From Lama guanicoe (Eukaryota): a DNA stretch of 62,000 nt. This document shows, one piece after another, positions 50,867 through 62,000 of this stretch. The number at the start of each line of letters is the position of its first letter. The stretch's first letter is position 1. The stretch covers positions 1,700,943 to 1,762,942 of the forward strand of contig MU053216.1 in NCBI GenBank assembly GCA_013239625.1, read 5' to 3'. Under the pieces are notes generated by a model. The model saw only the letters and a program-made list of their open reading frames with translations, ran no database searches and was not told the origin of the DNA. Made by a program: the position numbers and the translations under genes.

Positions 50867-51589
50867 TACTTATTATATAGTAAGGTGACATCAGATGTGA
50901 ATATGCCCTAATTTTCATGTGCAGATTCACTGCTGCATTTTCCCACGGTAGGGAATCTGAATGAGACCTGTGGTGGCCAACCTGGAGGTGAGTCGACTCT
51001 CTTTTAGCTACTGGGCGTCACCGTGTACACACCGTTCCGGCGCAGGGCTACCTGTCGGCAGTGCCGTGTGTGCCGGCGGCCGTCGCGGGAATTCCAGGCG
51101 GTCATTCTAAGCATCCTTTAGTTTTACCTTCTTGCCGACTTTAGACCTTCCACCTTCCTAGGATTAAGTTACTGCATGAGGTGCAATTGCATAAATTACT
51201 TGAAAATACTTGAAAACTCGAGAAGGCGTCAGGTGGAGCGCGACGCCCGAGTCCCGCACTGACGCCTTTCGCCCCAGAGTGTGAGTGACCCCGAGGCGAA
51301 GCAGCTGGCTCGCACTGGGCTCCAGGGGCGGCTGGAAGCACCTGACTCGCTGTCCAGAGGCGTTTAGGGAATGAGACGCCGAGGGGTCCAGAGTCATGCT
51401 CGCTCCAGGCGGATCCTCGTTTTGTGGAAGGGCCTGGGCTATTTACATTGTTTTATTTTCCTCTTAAAAAAATGTACTGAGTGAGAACACTTGAGCGCGC
51501 TGGAGTCAAATGCGCCATGGTGTGACCCACTGTCTGAGCTGGAGAGCGGAGGGGCTGGGGGTGTGCCCGAGGGTGGCAGGTGGTAGGCT

Positions 51590-53045
51590 GTGTGGAGGCG
51601 GGGAGTCCCGGCGTCCACCAAGGGGCGCGGGCATCTGGCTGAGGGCCGGCCGAGGGCGCCCAGGTGACCGCTGCCGCTTATGGGGCCGGAGGGGGGGTCC
51701 CGGAGGGAGTCTCAGAGGGGATGAGCCCGGAACGAGCGTCAGGGGGAGTGGGGAACGTGGCCGCACGCCGTAGACAGGCGTTCCCCAAAGCAAGGAAATC
51801 AGATGAGGCCGCGGGGCGCCCGGCATCCGCCCTCCCCGAGTGGACGTTGCCGGCGCAGGGGGCGGGGGCGCAGGTCCGGGGTGGGGGTGCGGGCTCAGTG
51901 TTCCGCAAAGCCGGGAGGGGGAGGGGGGGCCACCTGAATGCTTCCGAGCCTGGGCTGAGCGTGGCTGAGAGGACGGGGGACAGCGCGGGGTCTGCGCGCA
52001 CCAGCTCCGGGACAAGTCACCTGCACTTCACATGGCCTCCGCCCCTCCACGGCTGACGCGCTGGGACCAGTCCCTGCGCCCCCGAGTCCTCACCGCAGGA
52101 GGACCCACAGCTATGAGGCTGAATGACCTAACGGCTCGATGTGACGGCCCAGCCCGGACCTTCTAGTTGGCTCTCTGTCAGACTAGCTTCGGCGAACAAC
52201 ACACGTCCTCCTGCTGCGCGCCGTGCGCTTTAGACACGTCGCCCGATTTCCTGCAGCGGACTAGACGCGCCATTCGTAGCTGAGGGAGCTGAGGCTCAGA
52301 GACGGTATGAATCGCCGTTGGCAGGAAGGAGGGGCGGGCGCTGTTGGCTCACACACACACCTGGCCATACTGATGCACCCCGCTGCCCGGTCTGTGCCGC
52401 CACCATGCCCCCAGGGCCCACAACGCCGCCTGGCACACGCAGGCCGCGGGCTTGACCGCTCCGTGTCCTCTTCGCCCTGCTGGTTCCTTTGTTCCGTTCG
52501 CTGGGACCTGGAGAGTTTGGTGCAAGCTGTGCCACACCCCTCTCATCAGTCTGCGGCTTCTCCTCTGTGAGCCTTCGTCTGTGTGTTGCGGCCGCCGGGT
52601 GGGGCTTTCAGACCAGGATCGCCTTGCAGTCACTGACCCCGCAACGAGTTCCAGCATGTTAGACCCCAGGTAGCACTTCCCAGAAAGGTTGTTCTGAACA
52701 TCCAAGGATGGAGCGTCCTGACTTTCAAGACCCGGGTGCCCGGCGCCCTTGGCGGCTGGTCCTCCTTAGCTCGGGGCGGATGCATGAAAGCGCTCGCGCG
52801 CCGGCAGCTCTGCCGGACGCGGGCGCGTGGCAGGCGCGAAGGACTGTTGCTGCCTCCGTTTTTGGAGGCTGCGTGGCTCGGAGGGGAGACCACCGGCCCT
52901 GGGGTCTGAGTCGCCGACTTTCCTGGGCCTCTGCTTCCTCACCTGTAAGCCGGGCGCCACGCCCGCCCCCCCAGCAGGCGCGGTCAGCAGAGACGCCGCG
53001 ACGGGAGGGCATGTTGCTGCCACGGGCTGTAAGCGCACGGGGAGC
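51590..53045. promoter_or_regulatory. Extended CpG-rich region with GC boxes and G4-capable runs
   Basis: Many CpGs; GGGGGCGGGGGCGCAGGTCCGGGGTGGGGG at ~51858-51888. Function not demonstrable from sequence. Confidence 0.35.
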
Positions 53046-54257
53046 ACCTGTGGAGTTTCTTAGTGAAAAACAGGAGCTGGAACAGAGCCCGAGGTGCCAA
53101 TTTTAACACACAGAGTTTCAAAGAAGACGTACAAGATTCCATTTTTGTTTTCTCCGAGCGGTGAGATGACGGGTAACTTTATCTCCCTGGTTTTTTGCCT
53201 GTCCGCATTTGCTGGTTTTGCTGTTAGGAACTTTTTCTGTTTTGGCTTGGTTGAGTCATTAAAATAAGTCATTAAGGATCCCTAATGAAAAGATTGCACT
53301 TACACTTTGATGTTCAGTTGACACCTGAAGATCGTTGCTGGTGTGTGTGACGCTGTAGGGCAGGTGTGCAAGGGACGGCATTCGCTAGCGTAAAGCGACG
53401 CGGGGACTTCCGCTGAGCCTCTTCTTTTAGGGTGCTGTGGTTTTCCTGCCGCAGCCCGAGAGGTGGTTTGGCTCATCCTCCGGCCTGGCTTCTAGTGTGT
53501 GGCTCATTCATCAGACCTATGGGAAACGATGGTCCCCTGGGCTCCACCCACTTCAGACTCTAGAGACTCATATTCAGACAATTACAGTAAAGCAATTTTG
53601 TAAACTTGCTGTCAGCATGGATAAGGACTCTACAAAGGAACACAGCAGATTCAAAAGCAACTCCATGTCCTCTCTGACCTTTCGGTCTTAACATTTCTAG
53701 AGAATTCCTCACATTGTCCTGAGCTTGGCCTTCTCAATTTATGCTTATTCCTCAAAATATGTCACTTTAAAATTATTGAGGAATAGTGTGTATTGGTCGT
53801 TATTTCTGCTTCTTTCAATCTGCTGAGTATTCAAAGTCTCCACGTTCAATACAGTATCGCCCCTGCCTTTAGGTGGTCCAGCTGCTCTTCAGCGTCTGTG
53901 GTGTGGGTCACGCCGGCGGTTGAGGCTGAGAGAGGCGGGGCCCCGGCCGTGGCTGTCGTTCCTTCTGCTGGCCCCATACTGGCCGCCAAAGTTTCTATTG
54001 AAATCAATGGTCTTGAAATGTGTGTGTCTATATTCACCTCTGAAAATAATTTTGAAAAATTGCGTTCTCAACAAAATAACTAGTGGACATCTAGTTATTT
54101 TTCATTGTGAGTTTAAATGTTAAATTTTGAAAATGTATAGTAAACGTTATCTGCCTTATTTAAGTATTCACAGCCAGAGACAGTTTTGCCACACCACCAC
54201 CCCTGCCCCTGGAAGCATCTGGGCAAAACCTGGAAGAACTTTTGGTCCCAACTGTGG

Positions 54258-54262
<5 letters not shown>

Positions 54263-54290
<28 letters not shown>
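54263..54290. repeat. (TG)14 microsatellite
   Basis: Direct reading. Confidence 0.97.
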
Positions 54291-54291
<1 letters not shown>

Positions 54292-54409
54292 CTAGACCAG
54301 GAATGCTAGAACTCTCATCCAACATGTCAACAACGCTGAAGGGCCTCCCGGGAGTACGAGCATTGTGGGGCTGTTATACTCAGCAGCACCCATTTAAACA
54401 CGTCATCAC

Positions 54410-54548
54410 GGGGGGGGGGAGGTGCAGCTCTGTGGTGGAGCGCGTGCTTAACAGGCACAAGGTCCTGGGTTCAATCCCCAGTCCCCCCTCTAAAAATAAA
54501 TAAATAAATAAACCCAATTATCTCCCCTCCAAAGAAAAACAAAAAACA
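54410..54548 (+). mobile_element. vic-1-like SINE
   Basis: Head, (TAAA)n and tail module; 13-bp TSD AAACACGTCATCA at 54396-54408 and 54549-54561. Confidence 0.97.
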
Positions 54549-54824
54549 AAACACGTCATCATCTTCTGTGACATTATTTCTATTTCTCCCTGAAACTGGT
54601 TTTCCATTCTCCCGTCCCACAGAATTTTATCCTGATGAAACACCTTTATGTTTGAAAGGCTTACTAGTTACCATATAATTCTCTACTACAAAACATTGCA
54701 TGTAAATTGAATTTTTTTCAAATATCCTACAGCTATAATATAATAAAGGTTAACATTTTCCTTCCTTCCATATGGAGGTGATGTTAGAAATTGATCAAAC
54801 ACCATATTCAATAGGTGAGTTTTG

Positions 54825-54938
54825 TTTTTTTGGGGAGAGGAATTAGGTTTATTTATTTTTAGAGAAGGTATTGGGGATTGAACCCAGGACCTCATGCATG
54901 CTAAGCACGCTCTCTACCACTTGAGCTATATCCTCCCC
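54825..54938 (-). mobile_element. vic-1-like SINE, inverted relative to 54410-54548
   Basis: Head and tail module; TSD AGGTGAGTTTTG at 54813-54824 and 54944-54955. Confidence 0.97.
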
Positions 54939-55509
54939 GCTAAAGGTGAGTTTTGAACAGAGACCCTCTTGGTTGAATCCTATCTCTTTATGGGATGAAC
55001 TGGGGGGAAAGATTCAGGGGCCTGGAAGATAGTCTTCGGTGACATGGAGATTTTCACCTTGGGGACCAGGTAAGAGTCCAGGTACCTTTTAAAGTAAGGC
55101 TGGAGAATTGCAGTCCTAAATGGGGTAGAAGATTAGAGTGAGCATGATGTGCACTCAGGGAGACCGATTTTAGGAAAGGAAACATGGACACTGAGGATTT
55201 TGAAATGTATTGTCTTAAAACTGTCATGCACACATACCCCCTGGAAAGTCTTCGTGTTATCTGTATATTAGTCGGATTTAACTCACTTGAGCTCTGTGAG
55301 TAACTTAGCATCTCTCCTCTTAATGATTCAGATCGTTTTTGCACACAGCTAATGCATGTTAAAAAGAGCTAAGCTAGAGTGTATTATAAATATTTTATAA
55401 GTCCAGCAAGCAGAATTTCTCACAGGAGGCATCGTTACAGTGGAGGTGGTCACGCGACATAGCTGTCTGCTAGTTTCTGAGTTAGATGCAATATTGATCC
55501 CATTTTCCA

Positions 55510-55690
55510 TGAGCACCAGCTGACGACCTGGGGCAAAATATTACAGCTCTGGCCCGCAGCTTTCTCACCTGTAAAGTGGGGCTGAAAGTAGACTTCTGTC
55601 GGGCTGTGAGATTTAAACGAGGTCACGCATGCAAAGCACTTAGTAGGTGCCCAGTATGCACGAAGCACTGGGTCAACATTAGTTGCTGTC
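55510..55690 (+). mobile_element. MIR
   Basis: GACCTGGGGCAAA...TTTCTCACCTGTAAAGTGGGG...ATGCAAAGCACTTAG. Confidence 0.75.
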
Positions 55691-55769
55691 ATCTTTAGCA
55701 ATTATTGTGTTTGCTCCAAAGAAGAAGCTCTCTAAAGCCAATGGGATCATTATTTCAGCCTTATTTCTT

Positions 55770-56257
55770 TTTTTTAAAAAAAATTAATTTTTTTATTGAA
55801 GCATAGTTGATTTACAATGTTAGTTTCAGGTGTACAGTAAAACAATTCAGTTATACATGCATATGTGTATAGATCTTCTTTTCAGATTCTTTTCCGTTAT
55901 ATATTGTTAGAAGAAATTGAATAGAGTTCCCTGTGCTATAGAGTAGGACCTTGTTGTTTTTTTAAAGGGAAAATAATTTTATTTTCTCATTGAGGAATAT
56001 CGAATATTTGACAATATTCAATACTCATTCATAACAAAAACTCTCAGCAAATTAGGACTATGAGAAGTTTTTCACAACTGAGTAAAGGACCTTGTTGTTT
56101 ATCTGTTTTATATGTAGTAATTTGTCTGTTAATTCCAAACTCCTAATTTATCCCTCCCACCCCCTTTCCCCTTTGGTAGCCATGATTTGTTTTCTTTGTC
56201 TGTGAGTCTGTTTCTGGTTTGTAAATAGAATTTGTATTTTTTTTTTTTTAAGATTCC
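55770..56257 (-). mobile_element. Relatively young 5'-truncated L1 3' end containing a nested insertion
   Basis: TTTTATTGAAGCATAGTTGATTTACAATGTT...GTTCCCTGTGCTATA...TGTCTGTGAGTCTGTTTCTG; perfect 15-bp TSD TCAGCCTTATTTCTT at 55755-55769 and 56258-56272. Confidence 0.93.
55960..56085 (-). mobile_element. Nested TSD-flanked retrotransposed fragment (orphan transduction or transcript 3'-end retrocopy)
   Basis: 15-bp TSD AGGACCTTGTTGTTT at 55945-55959 and 56086-56100; T-run to 55963; TTTATT (minus-strand AATAAA) at 55978-55983. Confidence 0.75.
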
Positions 56258-56624
56258 TCAGCCTTATTTCTTCGATCTTGGCTCTTTTGTGCACAAGTCA
56301 CTGCACCCGCCACCCTGATTTTACGGCCGGCTTTAGAGCTTTGACGTTCCAGTTGGCCACGAGGCTCTGGAGCTGCTGGAGGGTATCTGCCCGCGGCAGT
56401 AGGGCGCCTGCATTTTGGGGTCAGCTTCTCAAGGACGAGTGTAAGCCCTCTGAGAGCACCTCCCGAAGGGCAGCCCTCTGCATGCCTGAAGTCATTTGGA
56501 ATATTCTCAGAAGGGTCTAGGAGCTGCCTGGGGCAGCCAGACGACACGCAGAGTCTCCTAGGGGTCACGGACACGGAGCACACGCAGAGGCACAGCACCC
56601 AGGGACCGTACGGACGCCTGGGCC

Positions 56625-57035
56625 TTGTATTGACAACTGTTCTATTGGGTTACACAGTTTTAATCTCAGAGGAATTGTCTCTTGACATTAAACTGTCCAA
56701 ACAGTATTTATATCTGCGGCTGCTCTGCAAGATCACTTAACCCCGTGCAGCCGTTTAAAAGTAGTTAATGACAGGACCGGCCTGACTGGCCCCTTATGAG
56801 TGATGGCGGAAGTTCGACCCGCGCTGTCATGGTTTATGGACGAAGGCGGTTTGTCCATCGTCAGTTTCAACCACAGCAGGTAATTTGAAATGAAATGAGA
56901 CAGTTTCTACAAGCAAATTGATTTGGGAATCTTGCCTGCTCTTCCCTTTGACCCTTGACAAGTTGACACTACAAAGATTGTGACTTTAAAAAATGATTGG
57001 GTGCAAATACATTTAGGTAGATGATTTACTGTGTG
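56625..57035. promoter_or_regulatory. Candidate developmental enhancer (MEIS/PBX-HOX motif cluster)
   Basis: Six TGACA/TGTCA cores, TGGTTTATGG, TGATTTAC and CCTTTGA in unique sequence. Confidence 0.4.
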
Positions 57036-60000
57036 CCCAAGCACAAGGACAGTGCCTCTGGAGTGATGCTGTGAGGCAAGTAATTGTGAACTTTAACGAC
57101 TCCTGTTTTATGTTTCTATATCTTATTAATTATCCTACCAGGCGGACCTACTAATCACCCCTGATCAAGTTGTTTTTATGCCTGGCGAGAGACCGGGGAG
57201 CCGGTGGCCTGATAGGAGACCAGGTAGCCAAGACCAAGATGGAGAGACCGAGTATTTACGAGAAACTTATTAAAAACCCAGGTTGGCAGAGAGACCCCAG
57301 CTCGCCCAGGAGGATGAGAAGTTGAGTCCTTTCTCATGGGTTCCCTTTTCGCTTGTTCGTAAGGGTGATTACTCCCACACAGGAGAAAATACTGCTGTTA
57401 GAAGGGTGATAGATTTAGTTTTTGATAATCAGAGAGTTACCAGAGATACCAGGGAAGAAAAAGAAAGTCCCCACTCTGCACTATCAAATGCTCTTTTTTC
57501 TAGTCCTTTGTCCACATCTAGACTTCCACCCCAAGCATTATGTGACATTATATGTATGTAAAATATTATGTAATATTTTAATATAATCAGTAGACAAATA
57601 TTTTCCACAGTATTTTGACTCTACTCTTCTGATGCAGGTTTTTCGTCTTAGAAGTGAAGTTTTGTCATGAATAAAGGTTAGCTTACATAGAACTGAAAAT
57701 CAATTTTTTCCAAAACAACAGTAAAAATGATAGGAAACTTATTTTTAAAAAAGCAGTTATCCTGGCTCAAGATTACATAAGAATTATGCCTAGATTACTT
57801 TCAATGAACTTTGCAGTCAAACTGTTGACTTGTTAACGTTTGGCTTCGCGTTGAGGGAGCCGCACTGGGGAAACTTTGCCACAGAACGCAGGCTGTTCTC
57901 CACAGCTTCTGTGTTCCTCACTATTCTAACCACTTTGTTTGAAGTACAATTTTGAAGATGCTAGTAAAAAATGTAACACATTCCTTGTTGGTCCCCGTTT
58001 ACATTATTTACTACCCTTTTGAGCCATATCTTCACTGAACTATGTTAAAAGTATTTTGCTGGGCTGTCTCTTTACGCTGTCCATCGGGTTTAATAGACGC
58101 GCCGTTTAATAAGCTCTCTACCTGTAAGGATAGACCATTTGACCTCTGTCCCCTGCCACTGGTAGACATAGTGTAAGATTGCTTTGTGAAATAAAGCTGT
58201 CGGTAACATCAACAAAATAAAAAATGATCGTATTCCAATACTCTCCGCTGAGTACTATGACAGGGCTGAAATATGGAATAAAATTGAAAGTAGATTAGTT
58301 TTGGGTCTTAAGTCATGTTTTGACAAGAAATAAGAGAGGAGAACATATCTTTGAACTTTTAGTTTTAAAGTTTTTTAATGAAAATATTTATCATTTTGTA
58401 AGGTTCTGTCTTTCTTTATCACACCGAGGCTGTGTAACCTTAGAACAATCCGTTCTTCTGTTGTGAGGGAAGTAAATACTGCTCTGTCTTTATATTAAAT
58501 ACCATCAAGGAAGCTCACACAGGGCGAGATGGCTTGACACCTGGAAGTGAAGGAGTGTCCTGCTAATAAAAAGGCTACTGAAGAGGCTGGAAAACCATTC
58601 ATTAATAAGCTACATATTTTTAGGGTATGTAAACATTAAATACTGTGGACAAACCGGAGCTGCACGTTTGGTTCGCCCTTTTGGAATGGTTTGACTCTGA
58701 AGAGGAAGAATAAATATGTCGGGGGTGGAGAACGCCCGGCTGCTGATTGCGTTCCACCCGCAGGAATTTGAAAATGGAGACGACTGGCAGATTGTGAAAC
58801 TCCTTCTTTGGCCTCTGTGGTTATATATTAATCGGATGAAATGCCGGCTGACCCGTGGCGTGGACAGTCAGCAGAGGTGCGGGCCGAGGACAGTGACCCC
58901 TCCTTCAGGACTTTGCAGACATGCCGTGTCCCCGAAGGTGAGACGCAGGAGCTCTGGAAAACGCGGCGCCCCCTTCCCCTCCTGTTCACACGGGGCTGTT
59001 GCCCAGGCTCAGCGTCTCGGAGTGAACTTCTCTCTTTTCACATCTTTTCCTTGAAAACACAAGATGCGGGGTCTTTGCGCACATCTGCGGCTGCCGGTGC
59101 CTTCTCCCCTCGCCTCGTGGCCGTGAGCCTGCAAACGATGGCTTCTTTCCAAAAAAATCTGAATTGACTTCTTCCCCCTAAGAAACGTGAATGGCACGCA
59201 GCCCAAGGCTAAAGCTGGTCAGACCCTCCTGGGATTCCCTTTTTAGTCATGAAAACAGCAGTCCTGTGTCCTAATCTTAAATTTTTCATAGTCAGAAATT
59301 TTAAAAGTAAGTAGAGGAAGTGAAGATTATTATATTGGCTAAAAGTCCTGAAAACAGTTTCCGTGAGGGTTCAGACAATCTGTCCTGAGATATTTTAAGG
59401 CTGGTACAAAGAAACACAATAAAAATTTTACACGACTGTGAAACCTAGCCGTGGTTCTGAGCTGAGGTGTGTGCCGAGTCTCACCGAGGTCTTGTATGTC
59501 ACGTCAATCCTTAATTTGTTCCATTACATGGTTTTAACCTTGACTTTGCTAAATAATGTCTTTAAACAGGACAGTGAGTTACTGCGGTCGTTATGTTGGT
59601 GTCACTTGTCATCACCGGACGGGGCTTGACTTCTGGGTGTGGAAGTCTGTTAAGTGAAAACTACACTTACCCAGTGTCCTGACCAGAGTCACATGTGTGT
59701 CTGTCAAATGCCCAAACCCCAGAGGAGCCCCGAGCATCCCGGGAAGGGTCGGAGAGTGTCCCCAGGCTCCCCGAGGGCTGGGGACGGTCACTGCTGGTCA
59801 CATCACGTCCTTGGCTGGTGGATGTCACTGAGAAGGCTGGAGAAGAAGGTGATGGTGTTGCATCAAAGCTCAGAGGGGAGATAGACGTTAGCATTCTGGA
59901 AGATAAGAGAGAAGGGAAGTAAGGATAGAAAGTTTCAGTAACTGCAGCTGCAGTAAAGGATCTGGGCGTTGTCCTGCTGGGAAGGGCTGCTTATTGAAGT

Positions 60001-60228
60001 GGATGAAGCGACAGCCTGCACAGAGCATCTGTCTGTGTTGTGAAATCGTGCCCTTGAGCATCGGCCTGGGGTCCAGTAAGGAGATGAAGGTGGTTTGGAT
60101 GGAAACACAAGTGGAAATAATTTTTTTCAATGGCGCCCAGGGATGTGTACTGTTGTGTGTCAGGTGGGTCATAAGCTCAAAGTCCCACGAGGATCAGGAT
60201 AAGAGCTCCAGGGATTTAACATCATAAA

Positions 60229-60520
60229 GTCATTCACTCATTCATTCATTCAATCAACCAACTCATTTATCATCTCTGTACTCTGGTTACTGAAGAGACT
60301 GGAGCTGGAGGGAGGACCACCAGCAGACATTGCCTTCACATAGCGTATGCACGGAGGAGACAGAGGTTAATCCTAATACCATCAAGGATCATAAAACCAC
60401 AGTATGAGGAAGAAGTACCAGGTGCTGAGAAACTCACACAGGAGAACTGGACTTGTAAGGGAAGCCTTCCTTGAAAAACGGTGGCTTGAGGGGGGACGTG
60501 ACAGATGAGTGCTAGCTAAC
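60229..60520 (-). mobile_element. L2 3'-end fragment
   Basis: (TCAT)n tail TCATTCACTCATTCATTCATTCAATCAACCAA followed by TGCCTTCA...AGGGAAGCCTTCCT. Confidence 0.7.
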
Positions 60521-62000
60521 GGACCACAGGAGCAGAACGTGGGTGTCACAGCCCCGGTGGCGGGAGGGAGGATTTCGCCTGAGGAATTCAAGTAAGGTCA
60601 ACGGGACAAATGGCAGGAGGCTCGTGCTGGAAGACCTGTGGGCCGGGGTGGGGCCGCCCCCCCGTGGTGGGGGCGCTGGAAGCTGAGTTTGGAGTCCTTG
60701 CTATCAATATTTTTAGTGATGCAGTGAATAAAGTCAGACGAAATTGGCTCTGGATGCAGTTTTACAAGAGCAGACGCCACGTTCAGCAGCTCCTGTTCTC
60801 TTATGCAGCTGAGTTCCCCTGACTGTTCATTTCATTCTTGTGTCGTACTATGTTGTGTTTATGAACAAATGCACTGAAAACCATCTTTTGGAACAAAACC
60901 TGTTACTAAAGAGAGGACTGCTCCGGTGTGAGTATAGTCGCTTCTAAAAATGTCTGCTTGTGGACAGACCTGCACAAACCGTCATTAATTCTCTGGGTAA
61001 CTAATGTATGAAATGCAGAGTTTCCATTAATAGAAAAGGAAACTCAAGCATCACCGATAATACCAATAATGTGCATTTGTAATCACATACTGTAGAGAGC
61101 TGTAAAAACTACATTTTATTACATTAATAAAACGTATAACCCCTGAAGCAGTCCAGCCCCGGGAGCAGCAACACTATTAGGGCTCAGCGCTTCGTTGCTG
61201 GGAGCCTGTCATATCGCTGTTAGCTGTAGCAACCTGCACAGCAGGCCGGGGAATCTTCCCCCGCCGAAAACACTGATGACTTACCTTTCAAGATAAAATA
61301 CTGCATGTTGATGGGCTACCACGAGAGGAACAAAGTAAAGATAAAAATCAAAAAGCAGGATGGGAGAACTTCTTGTCCTCCGGGCAGACTGAGCCATCAG
61401 GTTCCACCTCCACCGATGTAAAAACATCACTTCCTCCCCGAGCATCAGCGAGTACAAGGGGCATCTCACAGAGAGAGTGTTAATTTCGCGGAGGGAACGT
61501 GCGTGGGGCTCCAAGCGTTCCTGGGTCAATACCGTGGTCACGCTGACAGGTGAAAAGACTAGGGTGTTGAACTGGACTGGGCCAATCGATACCTCTTTAG
61601 GTGTCTGCCAGTCACCCATTAGGGAGAAAGACCAGGTGGATTAGACGCTCCACGGGCTCGGCCAGCCCCTCTTCCCGAGGCAGGGGGTGGGAGGCAGTGG
61701 CTTCATCTTGAGGCCTCCCAGATCAGGAGAGCACCGGCGTAAGTTCAAGGCAAGCAGAGGTGGCTGACGACCCTGTGCGACCCTGGGCTGCAAGTGTCCT
61801 TAGAAACAGACGGCATTGCTGCAGACGAAACCAATAAACGGGCCCTGAGCTCCGGGTCGCGTCATCTGACCACAGCTCAGCTCTGGGAGGGCTTGCGGTA
61901 TCAGTAGTGGAGGTGTGGAAGCATAATTTTTCTGTTGGAAATACCCCCCAGAGCTCCCGGAGCGCCTCTCCCACTGATCAACTTTGAAACAAAACCCAAA

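Noticed and set aside
1..62000. CRISPR arrays, operons, prokaryotic defence systems, known miRNA hairpins, host-gene identity
   Set aside because: The sequence is mammalian, with no regularly spaced repeat-spacer array. I saw no mature miRNA I recognise, and no exon allows a gene symbol to be assigned.

Overview
This window is mammalian genomic DNA, most likely from a camelid (alpaca, llama or camel). That inference rests on 16 copies of a tRNA-Ala(AGC)-headed SINE with the A-rich/AAACCTAATTACCTCCCCC tail of the Camelidae vic-1 family, set among older eutherian repeats (L1M, L2, MIR, MER3, MER5, MER58B, Charlie, MLT1). I recognise no protein-coding exon, RNA gene or host gene. The ORF track reads as chance frames in GC-rich or repeat DNA, so the window looks intronic or intergenic and rich in possible regulatory motifs. 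I found no support for a new multi-gene system. The best observations are: (1) an old AT-rich L1 fragment whose middle has been rewritten by almost purely AT->GC changes into a CpG-island-like patch, probably a GC-biased gene conversion scar; (2) a 126-bp TSD-flanked retrocopy with its own AATAAA, nested in a young L1 tail, resembling an orphan transduction; (3) a MEIS/PBX-HOX motif cluster overlapping tandem hairpins; (4) a ~170-bp dispersed duplication of unique sequence; (5) two close inverted SINE pairs. Repeat family names come from recalled consensus sequences, not a database search. Boundaries of old repeats are approximate.
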